DNA from: an uncultured Flavobacterium sp.
Lineage (GTDB): Bacteria > Bacteroidota > Bacteroidia > Flavobacteriales > Flavobacteriaceae
Assembly (NCBI GenBank): GCA_964540425.1
Contig: CAZIMW010000002.1
Location: forward strand, 1-33,684
Reading direction: 5' to 3'
DNA: 33,684 bases
Part shown: piece after piece, positions 18,837-27,376 of the stretch
Layout: each line of letters starts with the position of its first letter
Position numbering within the stretch: the first letter of the stretch is position 1
Notes under the pieces: model-generated
What the model was told of the DNA's origin: nothing
Seen by the model: only the letters and a program-made list of their open reading frames with translations
Database searches by the model: none
Made by a program: the position numbers and the translations under genes

Positions 18837-19088
18837 ATGAATAAAAACACATCCATATCACTTGGGAATTATTTTGACGAATTCGTTCAAAATAGCGTAA
18901 CTCAAGGAAGATTTAAAAATGTAAGTGAAGTTATTCGTGCTGGATTAAGACTTTTAGAAGAAGAAGAAAATAAAGTTATTGCCTTAAAAAATGCTATTCA
19001 GGAAGGAATTGATAGTGGAATAGCACACGATTTTAACCCCAAAAAACATCTTGAATCTCTAAAAGCAAAGAAACACTCGAATGGCTAA
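18837..19088 (+). CDS. parD: ParD-family (RHH) antitoxin
   Basis: NTSISLG..F, GRFKNVSEVIRAGLRLLEE and EGIDSG. Confidence 0.9.
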   Translation: MNKNTSISLGNYFDEFVQNSVTQGRFKNVSEVIRAGLRLLEEEENKVIALKNAIQEGIDSGIAHDFNPKKHLESLKAKKHSNG

Positions 19089-19140
19089 CTATAAATTAAC
19101 AAACAAAGCTGTTGAGGATTTGTCAAAAACTTGGGAATAA
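19081..19140 (+). pseudogene. Truncated ParE/RelE toxin (19 codons)
   Basis: ATG overlaps the parD stop. MANYKLTNKAVEDLSKTWE* matches a ParE N-terminus and then stops. Confidence 0.85.
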
Positions 19141-19218
19141 GTAACTAAATGTTGTGTTAAAAATTAAAAGAAGTGCTAAATTTTAAAATTTCGTATATTT
19201 GAAAAAAAGTCAATTAAT

Positions 19219-19452
19219 ATGGATTTACAATCAAGAAAAATAGAATTTGTACAAGAATTTCTTAAAATCCAAAGCGAGGAGATAATTTCTCGACTTGAAA
19301 AAATGTTAAAAAAAGAAAACAAAGCATCCTATGAGCAAATATTTAAGCCAATGACTCAAGATGAATTGAATAAACGAATTGACAAATCGGAATCTGATTT
19401 CCAAAACAACCGATTTAAAAGTAGTTCTGAACTTTTAACCAAATACGAATAA
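19219..19452 (+). CDS. Putative antitoxin (addiction-module component)
   Basis: Small charged protein coupled by TAATG overlap to a RelE/ParE gene, with TATATTTG box at 19194-19201. Confidence 0.75.
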   Translation: MDLQSRKIEFVQEFLKIQSEEIISRLEKMLKKENKASYEQIFKPMTQDELNKRIDKSESDFQNNRFKSSSELLTKYE

Positions 19453-19769
19453 TGTCTTTTAAAATTATTTGGTCTGAATTTGCCGAAACTCAACTTGACG
19501 AAATTTATGAATATTACGAAAAGAAAGCAAGTCCAAGAGTTGCTAAGAAACTTGTGAGAGAAATTATTGACGAACCAAAAAAGTTAATAAAGGCACCACT
19601 TATCGGACAAGAAGAAGAATTATTAAAACAAAGAGAAACTGAATATCGATATTTAGTTTTCAAAAACTACAAACTAATTTATTCTATTGACAATCAAAAG
19701 GGATTTATAAAAATTGCCGATGTTTTTGATACTCGACAAAATCCTCCAAAATTAAAACGAACAAAATAA
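19452..19769 (+). CDS. RelE/ParE-family toxin
   Basis: KIIWSEFAETQLDEIYEY, YRYLVFKNYKLIY and IADVFDTRQNP. Confidence 0.9.
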   Translation: MSFKIIWSEFAETQLDEIYEYYEKKASPRVAKKLVREIIDEPKKLIKAPLIGQEEELLKQRETEYRYLVFKNYKLIYSIDNQKGFIKIADVFDTRQNPPKLKRTK

Positions 19770-19836
19770 AGCCAGTTATCACACCGTATAAAAATAATAA
19801 TCGAAATTGGCTACTATTCTTTTTCAAATCGTTAAC

Positions 19837-19878
19837 CCTAACGATACTTTGTCTTTCGTAAATACGCACCGTTTCTTT
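19837..19878. repeat. Degenerate direct copy of the 3' end of the AlbA_2 gene (20302-20344)
   Basis: CCTAACGATACTTTGTCTTTCGTAAA-TACGCACCGTTTCTTT versus CCTAACTATACTTCATCTTCCGTAAAATACGTACCGTTTCTTT, 37/43. Confidence 0.85.
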
Positions 19879-19900
19879 TTTGTTTAAATTGTAGCGAGAC

Positions 19901-20212
19901 TTATACTAACTCAACATTCTGATTATCAAAAACCACATTAAAATGAATTTTTGCGTTTAATGCTCTAAATACTTTCAAAATTGTTTCAAACCTTGCATCA
20001 TTTAAGTTGTTTTCAATTTTCGATATTTGCGCTTTCTTTACACCTACTAATTTTCCCAATTGTTCTTGAGTAAGTTTTCTTTCTTTTCGTACTTTTTTAA
20101 TGGTTCCGCCTAAAATATCAAGATTTAATTCATTTTCAAATTTATCTCTTTTTTGAGTTCCAATTTCCCCAATATGTTGGTTGATTAATGTATCTAGATT
20201 TGTTGGCTTCAT
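19901..20212 (-). CDS. XRE/HigA-like HTH antitoxin (orphan)
   Basis: IGEIGTQKRDKFE, KVRKERKLTQEQLGKLVGVKKAQISKIENN and TILKVFRAL. Confidence 0.88.
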   Translation of the reverse strand: MKPTNLDTLINQHIGEIGTQKRDKFENELNLDILGGTIKKVRKERKLTQEQLGKLVGVKKAQISKIENNLNDARFETILKVFRALNAKIHFNVVFDNQNVELV

Positions 20213-20229
20213 TAATTATTCCTTTTTCA

Positions 20230-20260
20230 CAAAAATACAAAAGTTTCTTTAATAAGAAAC
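20230..20260 (-). promoter_or_regulatory. Promoter and operator of the HTH gene
   Basis: GTTTCTT-TAAT-AAGAAAC palindrome (20243-20260) next to a minus-strand TATTTTTG box. Confidence 0.65.
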
Positions 20261-20302
20261 AATAATTGTTCCGTTTTGTTATTTATAAGAAGATTGAACA
20301 AC

Positions 20303-21439
20303 CTAACTATACTTCATCTTCCGTAAAATACGTACCGTTTCTTTATACGAATTATAAACCGAGTCACCTGCTTTCTTTAAAAAAGGTTTGGCTTCCAATA
20401 GCTTGTTTTTTGCTTCGGTAAAGTCGTTTAAATAACAAATTAAATAGGTAGCAGGAAGGCTTTGTAAATCTTTTTCTTCGGAAGGTTTTAAAGGGATTCC
20501 TTTTTTCAACTTTTCAACTAAAGCATTGTTGGCATTGTAAATATGATACAACGTTTTTTTATTGAATTGAGGTGGATCGAAAATAAGTTGAGAATCTATT
20601 TGATAAGAACCATTTTCCTGAAAACTAATAATCACTTCCTCTAAAGGATAGTATTTATATTGATTGTTTAAACCTAAATGTACATATTCTGTAATTTTAA
20701 AATTCCCTTCAGAATAAGAAATACTCACCTCATCTAAAGTGGAATAAAACAATCGAACTTGCTCGTTAATCAGCTCGATATCTACTCTGGAATAATAGAT
20801 TTCCTCTTTTACTTTTTTAACATTTCCAGCCCAACAAACCACAAATTGTTCCTTGAAAACTCGGTAATGTGAATCTAAATCTTTATGCCGATGGTTTATA
20901 AAATCTATCACTCCATCTAGCGTATGTTCAATATTGTTTTTCGCCTTGTTTTCGATGGCTTTTACAATTTCTGAATTGACATCTTTTATCACAATATCAA
21001 AATCCTTGGGCATCGAAATACTTCCATCTCTCATAAAAATAGAACCTCCCCAATATTTCCAAATATTTTTTCGGAGGGAAGTGATTTCTTCCGTAGCACG
21101 AATGGTCACCAAACCCACTACTTTATCTGAAGGCAAATGTGGAAATGCCACATTTTCATACATAACCAAAGGAGGATTGGTTAAATAAGCGTTGATGAGA
21201 TTTTGAATCTTGCTATCATCAAAAAAATCGACTCCTCTAATTTCATTGGCTTCATCTTCCACACCAATCACAATAAAACTATTGTTTTTCGGATTGCTAT
21301 TACTCAGTGCACAAATGTGTTTTAAGAATTTTGCTTTTCCTTCTTTTGAGCTTAAATCTATCTTTCGTTTTTTATCATAGAAACTGCTCTCATCGTTGTG
21401 AGCTAGAAGATTTTTTATGAGTAATCTTTTGTTTATCAA
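20303..21439 (-). CDS. Schlafen/AlbA_2-domain protein (conserved flavobacterial 'ATP-binding protein')
   Basis: ESSFYDKK, FLKHICALSNS and IVIGVED AlbA_2 motifs. Likely TTG start at 21439 (LINKRLL); the ORF-track ATG at 21463 lies inside a palindrome. Confidence 0.82.
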   Translation of the reverse strand: MINKRLLIKNLLAHNDESSFYDKKRKIDLSSKEGKAKFLKHICALSNSNPKNNSFIVIGVEDEANEIRGVDFFDDSKIQNLINAYLTNPPLVMYENVAFPHLPSDKVVGLVTIRATEEITSLRKNIWKYWGGSIFMRDGSISMPKDFDIVIKDVNSEIVKAIENKAKNNIEHTLDGVIDFINHRHKDLDSHYRVFKEQFVVCWAGNVKKVKEEIYYSRVDIELINEQVRLFYSTLDEVSISYSEGNFKITEYVHLGLNNQYKYYPLEEVIISFQENGSYQIDSQLIFDPPQFNKKTLYHIYNANNALVEKLKKGIPLKPSEEKDLQSLPATYLICYLNDFTEAKNKLLEAKPFLKKAGDSVYNSYKETVRILRKMKYS

Positions 21440-21457
21440 AATAGAAAAATTGTGTCT

Positions 21458-21543
21458 GGTCATCCCGATAACTATCGGGAGCAGTCGATACCTATTTTAA
21501 CTTAGCCTTTTTTAGAAACCCCTCGACTGCGCTCGGGGAGACA
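21458..21543. repeat. Pair of GAGCGCAGTCGA-type REP-like elements, one interrupted by a CCCGATA palindrome
   Basis: TCCCGATA-AC-TATCGGGA (21463-21480) followed by GCAGTCGA, and an inverted CCTCGACTGCGCTCGGGGAGAC at about 21521-21542. Confidence 0.75.
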
Positions 21544-21761
21544 TCTCAGTAAATATCAACTGATTTAAAATCAGCTATTTTTCACCGAATAAGTACTAAA
21601 AATAGCAATAAAAAATAAGAATAAAAATCTTACTATTTTTTTTACATTTTTTAACCAACTGTTAACAACTATTTCCCAAAGAAAATCACAATTTAGCATT
21701 CCAATTTCCTACACACCTTTTAGGTTTGTAATTTTGGGAAGATTACTTAAATAAAACACAA

Positions 21762-22766
21762 ATGGAAGAAGAAACTACCGCTCTAGATATAGCGGCTTTA
21801 AATGAAAAAATAGAAAAAGAGTCTGCCTTTATCGACATTCTTACGATGGAAATGAACAAGGTAATCGTTGGTCAAAAACATATGGTAGAGCGTTTGCTTA
21901 TTGGCTTGTTGGGTGGCGGACACATTTTATTAGAAGGAGTTCCGGGGCTAGCAAAAACCTTAGCCATTAATACGCTTGCAAAAGCGGTTCATGGTGATTT
22001 TAGTCGGATTCAGTTTACACCAGATCTACTTCCTGCCGATGTGGTTGGAACGATGATTTACAACATGAAGGACAACAAGTTTAGCATAAAAAAGGGTCCG
22101 ATATTCGCCAATTTTGTTTTGGCAGATGAAATAAATCGTGCTCCAGCGAAAGTTCAGTCGGCTTTATTAGAAGCGATGCAGGAAAAACAAGTGACAATTG
22201 GAGATACTACATTTACACTTGACAAACCATTTTTGGTAATGGCAACACAAAATCCGATAGAGCAAGAAGGAACTTATCCGTTACCAGAAGCACAAATGGA
22301 TAGGTTTATGCTAAAGACCGTAATCAAGTACCCAAAAATGGCAGACGAACAACTCATTGTTCGTCAAAATTTAAAAGGAAGTTACGAGCAGGTAAATCAG
22401 GTAGTGACTTTAGAGCAAATTCTAAGAGCACAACAATCGGTTCGAGAAGTGTATATGGACGAGAAGATTGAAAAATACATCCTCGATATCATCTTTGCAA
22501 CCAGAAACCCTGAGAATTATAACCTAGCCGAATTAAATCCATTAATCAATTTTGGATCTTCTCCAAGGGGAAGTATCAACTTGGCAATTGCTTCAAAATG
22601 TTACGCATTTATCAAGCGTCGTGGTTATGTAATTCCTGAAGATGTAAGAGCGGTAGTACACGATGTGCTTCGCCACCGTATTGGAATTACCTACGAAGCG
22701 GAAGCAGAGAATATCACTTCAGAAGATATTATTAATAAGATTGTTAATGAGATTGAGGTACCTTAG
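21762..22766 (+). CDS. moxR: MoxR-family AAA+ ATPase
   Basis: LEGVPGLAKT, RIQFTPDLLPAD, LADEINRAPAKVQSALLEAMQE and ATQNPIEQEGTYPLPEAQMDRF. Confidence 0.96.
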   Translation: MEEETTALDIAALNEKIEKESAFIDILTMEMNKVIVGQKHMVERLLIGLLGGGHILLEGVPGLAKTLAINTLAKAVHGDFSRIQFTPDLLPADVVGTMIYNMKDNKFSIKKGPIFANFVLADEINRAPAKVQSALLEAMQEKQVTIGDTTFTLDKPFLVMATQNPIEQEGTYPLPEAQMDRFMLKTVIKYPKMADEQLIVRQNLKGSYEQVNQVVTLEQILRAQQSVREVYMDEKIEKYILDIIFATRNPENYNLAELNPLINFGSSPRGSINLAIASKCYAFIKRRGYVIPEDVRAVVHDVLRHRIGITYEAEAENITSEDIINKIVNEIEVP

Positions 22767-22768
22767 AT

Positions 22769-22940
22769 AGTTGGCAGTACTCAGCCTTCAGTTGGCAGTC
22801 TTTGATTTGAGGTGAAAATCAAATTAATTACAAATTTTAAACTGAAGACTATGAACTGAAACTCAGTATCCTTCTGAAATAATAAAGAACAAATAAAAAC
22901 AAATAAAAGGCTGAAGACTGCCTACTGAAAACTGCAGACT
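22769..22940. repeat. ACTGNNN heptamer arrays upstream of the four-helix-bundle gene
   Basis: Inverted array at 22769-22800 (reverse complement ACTGCCA ACTGAAG GCTGAGT ACTGCCA) and forward arrays at about 22841-22866 and 22910-22940. Confidence 0.85.
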
Positions 22941-22947
22941 AAAAAAA

Positions 22948-23307
22948 ATGGGCTTTAGAAAGTTATTAGCATATAAAAAAGGATTTGAATTGGCGATGGA
23001 AATTTTTGAAATATCAAAATCTTTTCCGAAGGAAGAAACCTATTCATTAACCGATCAAATTAGAAGATCATCACGTTCTGTATGTATTAATATAACTGAA
23101 GGATACCGAAAAAGAAAATACCCAAAACATTTTATAAGCAAGATGTCTGATGCAGATTCAGAAAATTCTGAAACACTAGGTTGGTTAGAATTTGCTTTTG
23201 CTTGTAACTATATAAATGAAGAAACAAAAACTAAATTAACAAATAAAAACAGTGAAATAGGTAAGTTGTTAAACTATATGATGAACAACCCCGATAAATT
23301 TAATTAA
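22948..23307 (+). CDS. Four-helix-bundle protein (23S rRNA intervening-sequence protein / Avd-like family)
   Basis: FRKLLAYKK, FPKEETYSLTDQIRRSSRSVCINITEGY, SENSET..WLEFA and IGKLL. Confidence 0.93.
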   Translation: MGFRKLLAYKKGFELAMEIFEISKSFPKEETYSLTDQIRRSSRSVCINITEGYRKRKYPKHFISKMSDADSENSETLGWLEFAFACNYINEETKTKLTNKNSEIGKLLNYMMNNPDKFN

Positions 23308-23310
23308 CAC

Positions 23311-23430
23311 AGACACTTCGATACGTTTGCTTGGGCAAACACTCAGTGTCCTTATTAAGATAAAGAACAAATAAAAACGAGAATTAAAGGCTGAAGACTG
23401 CCAACTGAAGACTGAAGACTGAATACTGAG
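23311..23430. repeat. REP-like hairpin plus second copy of the ~80-bp direct repeat and heptamer array
   Basis: GACACTTCGATAC-GTTTGCTTGGGCAAAC-ACTCAGTGTC hairpin. 23341-23420 repeats 22861-22940 and ends in GCTGAAG ACTGCCA ACTGAAG ACTGAAG ACTGAAT ACTGAG. Confidence 0.85.
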
Positions 23431-23434
23431 AAAA

Positions 23435-24298
23435 ATGGATACAAAAGAACTTCTAAAAAAAGTACGGAAAATCGAAATCAAAACACGTCGCCTAAGCGAT
23501 CATATGTTTGGTGGCGAGTATCACAGTACTTTTAAGGGTCGTGGAATGACTTTTAGCGAGGTGCGTCAATACCAATTTGGTGATGATGTAAGAAGTATCG
23601 ATTGGAATGTAACCGCACGTTATAACGAAACCTATATCAAGGTTTTTGAAGAAGAACGAGAGTTAACATTAATGCTAATTGTGGATATTTCGGGTTCAGA
23701 ATTCTTCGGAACAGACGATCAGTTTAAAAATGAAATCGTTACTGAAATAGCTGCAACTTTGGCTTTTTCTGCCCTTCAGAATAATGACAAAATCGGACTT
23801 ATTTTATTTTCAGATGAAATAGAATTGTTTATTCCGCCGAAAAAAGGAAAGTCTCACGTACTAAGAATTATTCGAGAATTAATCGAACACAAACCACAAA
23901 GTAACAAGACAGACATTGCGATGGCACTAAAATATTTTTCGAACGTTATCAAGAAAAAAGCGATTGTTTTTGTGCTTTCCGATTTTATTACTGATGAATA
24001 TCGAGACACTTTAAAAATTGTTTCCAACAAACACGATGTTACTGGAATAAGAGTATTCGACAAACACGAAGAAGAAATACCAAACCTCGGAATGGTGCAA
24101 ATGCAAGATCAAGAAACAGGCGAAATGGTTTTGGTAAACACCGGATCAAAAGGAGTTCGGAACCATTCTAAAGCACATTATTTAGAAAAAGTGGGATATT
24201 TTAAAGAGTCGTTTCAGAAAAGCGGAGCAGGTTCATTAAGTTGCCGAGTTGACGAAAGTTATGTGAAGAAATTGTTGGGATATTTTAAGATGAGATAA
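23435..24298 (+). CDS. DUF58 vWA-domain protein (MoxR partner)
   Basis: FKGRGMTFSEVRQYQFGDDVRSIDWNVTAR, FEEERE and DISGS. Confidence 0.93.
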   Translation: MDTKELLKKVRKIEIKTRRLSDHMFGGEYHSTFKGRGMTFSEVRQYQFGDDVRSIDWNVTARYNETYIKVFEEERELTLMLIVDISGSEFFGTDDQFKNEIVTEIAATLAFSALQNNDKIGLILFSDEIELFIPPKKGKSHVLRIIRELIEHKPQSNKTDIAMALKYFSNVIKKKAIVFVLSDFITDEYRDTLKIVSNKHDVTGIRVFDKHEEEIPNLGMVQMQDQETGEMVLVNTGSKGVRNHSKAHYLEKVGYFKESFQKSGAGSLSCRVDESYVKKLLGYFKMR

Positions 24299-24341
24299 TG
24301 TAGCCCGCAATCGTGACTGTGAAGAAATCGAATTAATATTT

Positions 24342-24498
24342 CTCGCAAAGACGCTAAGTCGCAAAAGAAAAAAGAGTAAAGAAAAGAGATTAAAAAATTA
24401 GATGTTAGAGAATAATAAAAATAGAATAATTAATTTGGAAAAAGCAAGCTTTGGATATTCTAAGCAATCACGCCTTCGCGCCTTCGCACCTCTGCGAG
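24342..24498. repeat. Inverted pair of 8-nt-period CGCAAAG repeats straddling a start codon
   Basis: CTCGCAAAGACGCTAAGTCGCAAAAG (24342-24367) versus the reverse complement of 24473-24498, 19/26. Confidence 0.8.
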
Positions 24499-26117
24499 CC
24501 ATTTCCCTTTTAGCTTTTTTGGTGCTATTCAGTTTCTCATCATTCTCACAAGTAACCACAACCATAGACACCACCACTATCCGAATTGGTGAGGAGATTC
24601 TTTACACCATTCAAGTCGAGGCAGATTCTACAGATTTGGTAATGTTTCCAGAAGGACAAACCTTTAAACCATTAGAGGTAATTGAGTCTTATAAAATAGA
24701 CACCACACGACTTCAAGACAAGATAAAACTCATAAAGAAATACGGCTTAACACATTTTGATTCGGGTTCTTATACCATTCCAACACAACGAATTGTCATT
24801 AATAATAAGCCCTTTAATACCGATTCGGTTAGGATAGAAGTCTTCAACGTTTTGGTAGACACGACCAAGCAAAAAATGTTTCATATTAAGCCTGCTTTGG
24901 AAGTAAAAGAACCTTCATTTAATTTCGAAAAAGCAGCGGTATGGCTAATTCCAATTTTGGTTATAATTGCGGTTGGAATCTTATTATTTTTCAGAAGGAG
25001 AAAAAAGAAACGAAAAGAAGCTGAGCAGCAACTTCCTCCTTATGAAGAAGCGATTGAAGCATTAAAAGAATTAGATCATTCTCACTTTTTAAAAAATGAT
25101 AATTCGAAACGATACTACTCAGAATTAACCGAAATATTGAAACGATATATTGGCAGAGAAGTAGATGATTCTGCGTTGGAAAGTACTTCCAACGAATTAA
25201 TTGAACGATTAATTTTACACAAAGATTCAGGTAATTTTGACTTTGATTCGGAAACTATTAAAAAGATTGATAAAATCTTAAAACGTGCCGATTTAATCAA
25301 ATTTGCCAAAATGAAAGAGCAAGAAGGTCAGGCAAAAGTGGATCGTTCTGTAGTAGAAGACATTATTAATGAGACCAAAGAAATTATTCCAGAACCTACC
25401 GAAGAAGAGCTGCTACAAAATGAAATTTACCTAGAAAAACTTCGGAAAAAAGCTTTAAAAAGAAAACGAATTAAAATTGTTTTAGGGGCTGTTGCAACGG
25501 TAATTTTAGCTGCAGTAATCTTCGGAAGTATTAAAGGATTCGACGAATTAAAAGACAAAACGCTGGGGAATAAAATGCGAGATCTCTCAGAAGGACGATG
25601 GATAAAAAGTGAATACGGTACGCCATTAATTATTGTAGAAACTCCTGAAGTTTTGGTGAGAACAGAAGATTCATTAATTCCGAAAAGTGTTGTAATTAAA
25701 CGGAAAAGCATCTTTTCTTATGGACAGATTACCGATCCGCTTTATGTGATGGTAAATTCCATTCAATTTAATCAAGAGCAAAAATTAGAGTTGGATTCTT
25801 CGCTAGACATGATGTTGACTCTCCTTGAAAAGGCAGGAGCCAAAAATTTGGTAGTAAAACGAGACGATTTTACAACCGAAAAAGGAATTAAAGGTATTAA
25901 AGCCTATGGTGATTTTCACGTTCAAATTTCAGAAGGTAAAGTATTAAAGAAAAAGAGTTCCTACGAATTGTTACTATTTGCTCAAGAAAACGGATTGCAA
26001 GAAATCTTGGTGGTATATCAAGACGATGGGCGGTTTGCAGAAGATATAAAAGATCGAATTATCAACTCAATCGAGTTAGAAATAACACCAGAAACAAAAA
26101 AGAAAGATGAGCAGTAA
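24402..26117 (+). CDS. Bat-operon membrane protein (BatD-like N-terminal domain, DUF4381-like)
   Basis: Signal peptide, IDTTTIRIGE, TM followed by RRRKKK, LPPYEEA, YYSELTEILKRY and ADLIKFAK. Located between DUF58 and batA. Confidence 0.8.
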   Translation: MLENNKNRIINLEKASFGYSKQSRLRAFAPLRAISLLAFLVLFSFSSFSQVTTTIDTTTIRIGEEILYTIQVEADSTDLVMFPEGQTFKPLEVIESYKIDTTRLQDKIKLIKKYGLTHFDSGSYTIPTQRIVINNKPFNTDSVRIEVFNVLVDTTKQKMFHIKPALEVKEPSFNFEKAAVWLIPILVIIAVGILLFFRRRKKKRKEAEQQLPPYEEAIEALKELDHSHFLKNDNSKRYYSELTEILKRYIGREVDDSALESTSNELIERLILHKDSGNFDFDSETIKKIDKILKRADLIKFAKMKEQEGQAKVDRSVVEDIINETKEIIPEPTEEELLQNEIYLEKLRKKALKRKRIKIVLGAVATVILAAVIFGSIKGFDELKDKTLGNKMRDLSEGRWIKSEYGTPLIIVETPEVLVRTEDSLIPKSVVIKRKSIFSYGQITDPLYVMVNSIQFNQEQKLELDSSLDMMLTLLEKAGAKNLVVKRDDFTTEKGIKGIKAYGDFHVQISEGKVLKKKSSYELLLFAQENGLQEILVVYQDDGRFAEDIKDRIINSIELEITPETKKKDEQ

Positions 26118-27111
26118 TTTCGAATTTGTAAATCCACAATTGTTCTGGTTGCTTTTAGTAATTCTAGCACTATTGCTATGGTTTTTTCTAAAACGAAAAC
26201 AACAAACGGCTACCCTAAAAATTTCAAATTTACAAGGCTTTAAAACCTCCAAAAACTGGTTGGCAAAATTACGACCACTATTATTTGTACTTCGCCTTTT
26301 GGCTATAGTTTTAGTTATTATAGCAATGGCTCGACCTAGAACAGTAGATGAATCCACCAGGATAAAAACCACCAAAGGAATCGATATTGTCATCGCAATA
26401 GATGTATCTGCAAGTATGTTGGCGAGAGACTTAAAACCAAACCGATTAGAAGCTTTAAAAAGTGTGGCCTCCCGATTTATTCAAGCACGTCCCAACGACC
26501 GAATTGGTTTGGTAGAATATGCTGGAGAAAGTTATACCAAAACACCTTTAACAAGTGATAAAAACATTGTGCTTTCTTCATTAAAAAGTATAAAATACAA
26601 TACTGTAATAACAGGAGGAACAGCAATTGGTATGGGATTAGCAACTTCCGTAAATAGATTAAAAGAAAGTCGTGCCAAAGGAAAAGTAATTATTTTATTG
26701 ACTGATGGTGTGAATAATTCAGGCTTTATAGATCCAAAAATTGCAAGCGAATTGGCAGTAGAATTTGGCATTAAAGTTTATACCATTGGACTGGGATCTA
26801 ACGGAATGGCACTATCACCCATCGGGATTTTACCTAACGGGCAATTTCAGTACGGAAATGTACAAGTAGAAATCGATGAAGATTTACTGAAACAAATTGC
26901 TGAAACCACCGGAGGAAAATATTTTAGAGCGACCAGTAATACCAAGTTAGCTCAGATATATGAAGAAATAAATAAATTAGAAAAAACCGAAATAGAAGAA
27001 ACCAAGTTTAAAAGCTATGACGAATTATTTAGACCATTAGTGTTATTAGCTTTTGGTTTATTATTGTTTGAATTGTTGTTGCGATATACTTTGTTTCGGA
27101 GTTTTGTATAA
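26107..27111 (+). CDS. batA: BatA vWA-domain protein
   Basis: F.NP..FWLL, AMARP, DVSASMLARDLKPNRL, GTAIGMGL, LLTDGVNN and TGGKYFRAT. Confidence 0.93.
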   Translation: MSSNFEFVNPQLFWLLLVILALLLWFFLKRKQQTATLKISNLQGFKTSKNWLAKLRPLLFVLRLLAIVLVIIAMARPRTVDESTRIKTTKGIDIVIAIDVSASMLARDLKPNRLEALKSVASRFIQARPNDRIGLVEYAGESYTKTPLTSDKNIVLSSLKSIKYNTVITGGTAIGMGLATSVNRLKESRAKGKVIILLTDGVNNSGFIDPKIASELAVEFGIKVYTIGLGSNGMALSPIGILPNGQFQYGNVQVEIDEDLLKQIAETTGGKYFRATSNTKLAQIYEEINKLEKTEIEETKFKSYDELFRPLVLLAFGLLLFELLLRYTLFRSFV

Positions 27112-27376
27112 ATTCCTGCGAAGGCAGGAATTTCATTAATAGAATTGAAAAAAGTTTAAATTTTTAGATCATTAGATTTTAAAACTTAAAGTTTGGAAGC
27201 TAAGCAGAATGGTCACTGAGCGGAGCCGAAGTGACGAAGCGATAATAATAAATTAGAAAGATACCTGCCTTCGCAGGCATTAATATAAATTAAAAAGATA
27301 CCCGCTGGAGTTTATCTTGAGCGGAGTCGAAGCTGAAAATAGTATAAATTAAAGAGATACCCGCCTGCGGGGCATG
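27111..27376. repeat. Mosaic of REP-like palindromes between batA and batB
   Basis: AATTCCTGC-GAAG-GCAGGAATT (27111-27132), GTCACTGAGCGGAGCCGAAGTGAC (27212-27235), and three units starting ATAAATTARARAGATACCYGC at 27248, 27285 and 27344. Confidence 0.88.

Noticed and set aside
20303-21463. AlbA_2/Schlafen protein as an anti-phage system
   Set aside because: Appears to be the conserved stand-alone flavobacterial gene, with no partner effector visible.
22948-23307. Diversity-generating retroelement or rRNA intervening sequence suggested by the Avd/IVP-like gene
   Set aside because: No reverse transcriptase, no TR/VR pair with adenine-specific mismatches, and no rRNA in the window.
27248-27376. 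Three spaced repeats considered as a mini-CRISPR
   Set aside because: The units are degenerate and unevenly spaced, the 'spacers' are themselves palindromic repeats, and there are no cas genes.
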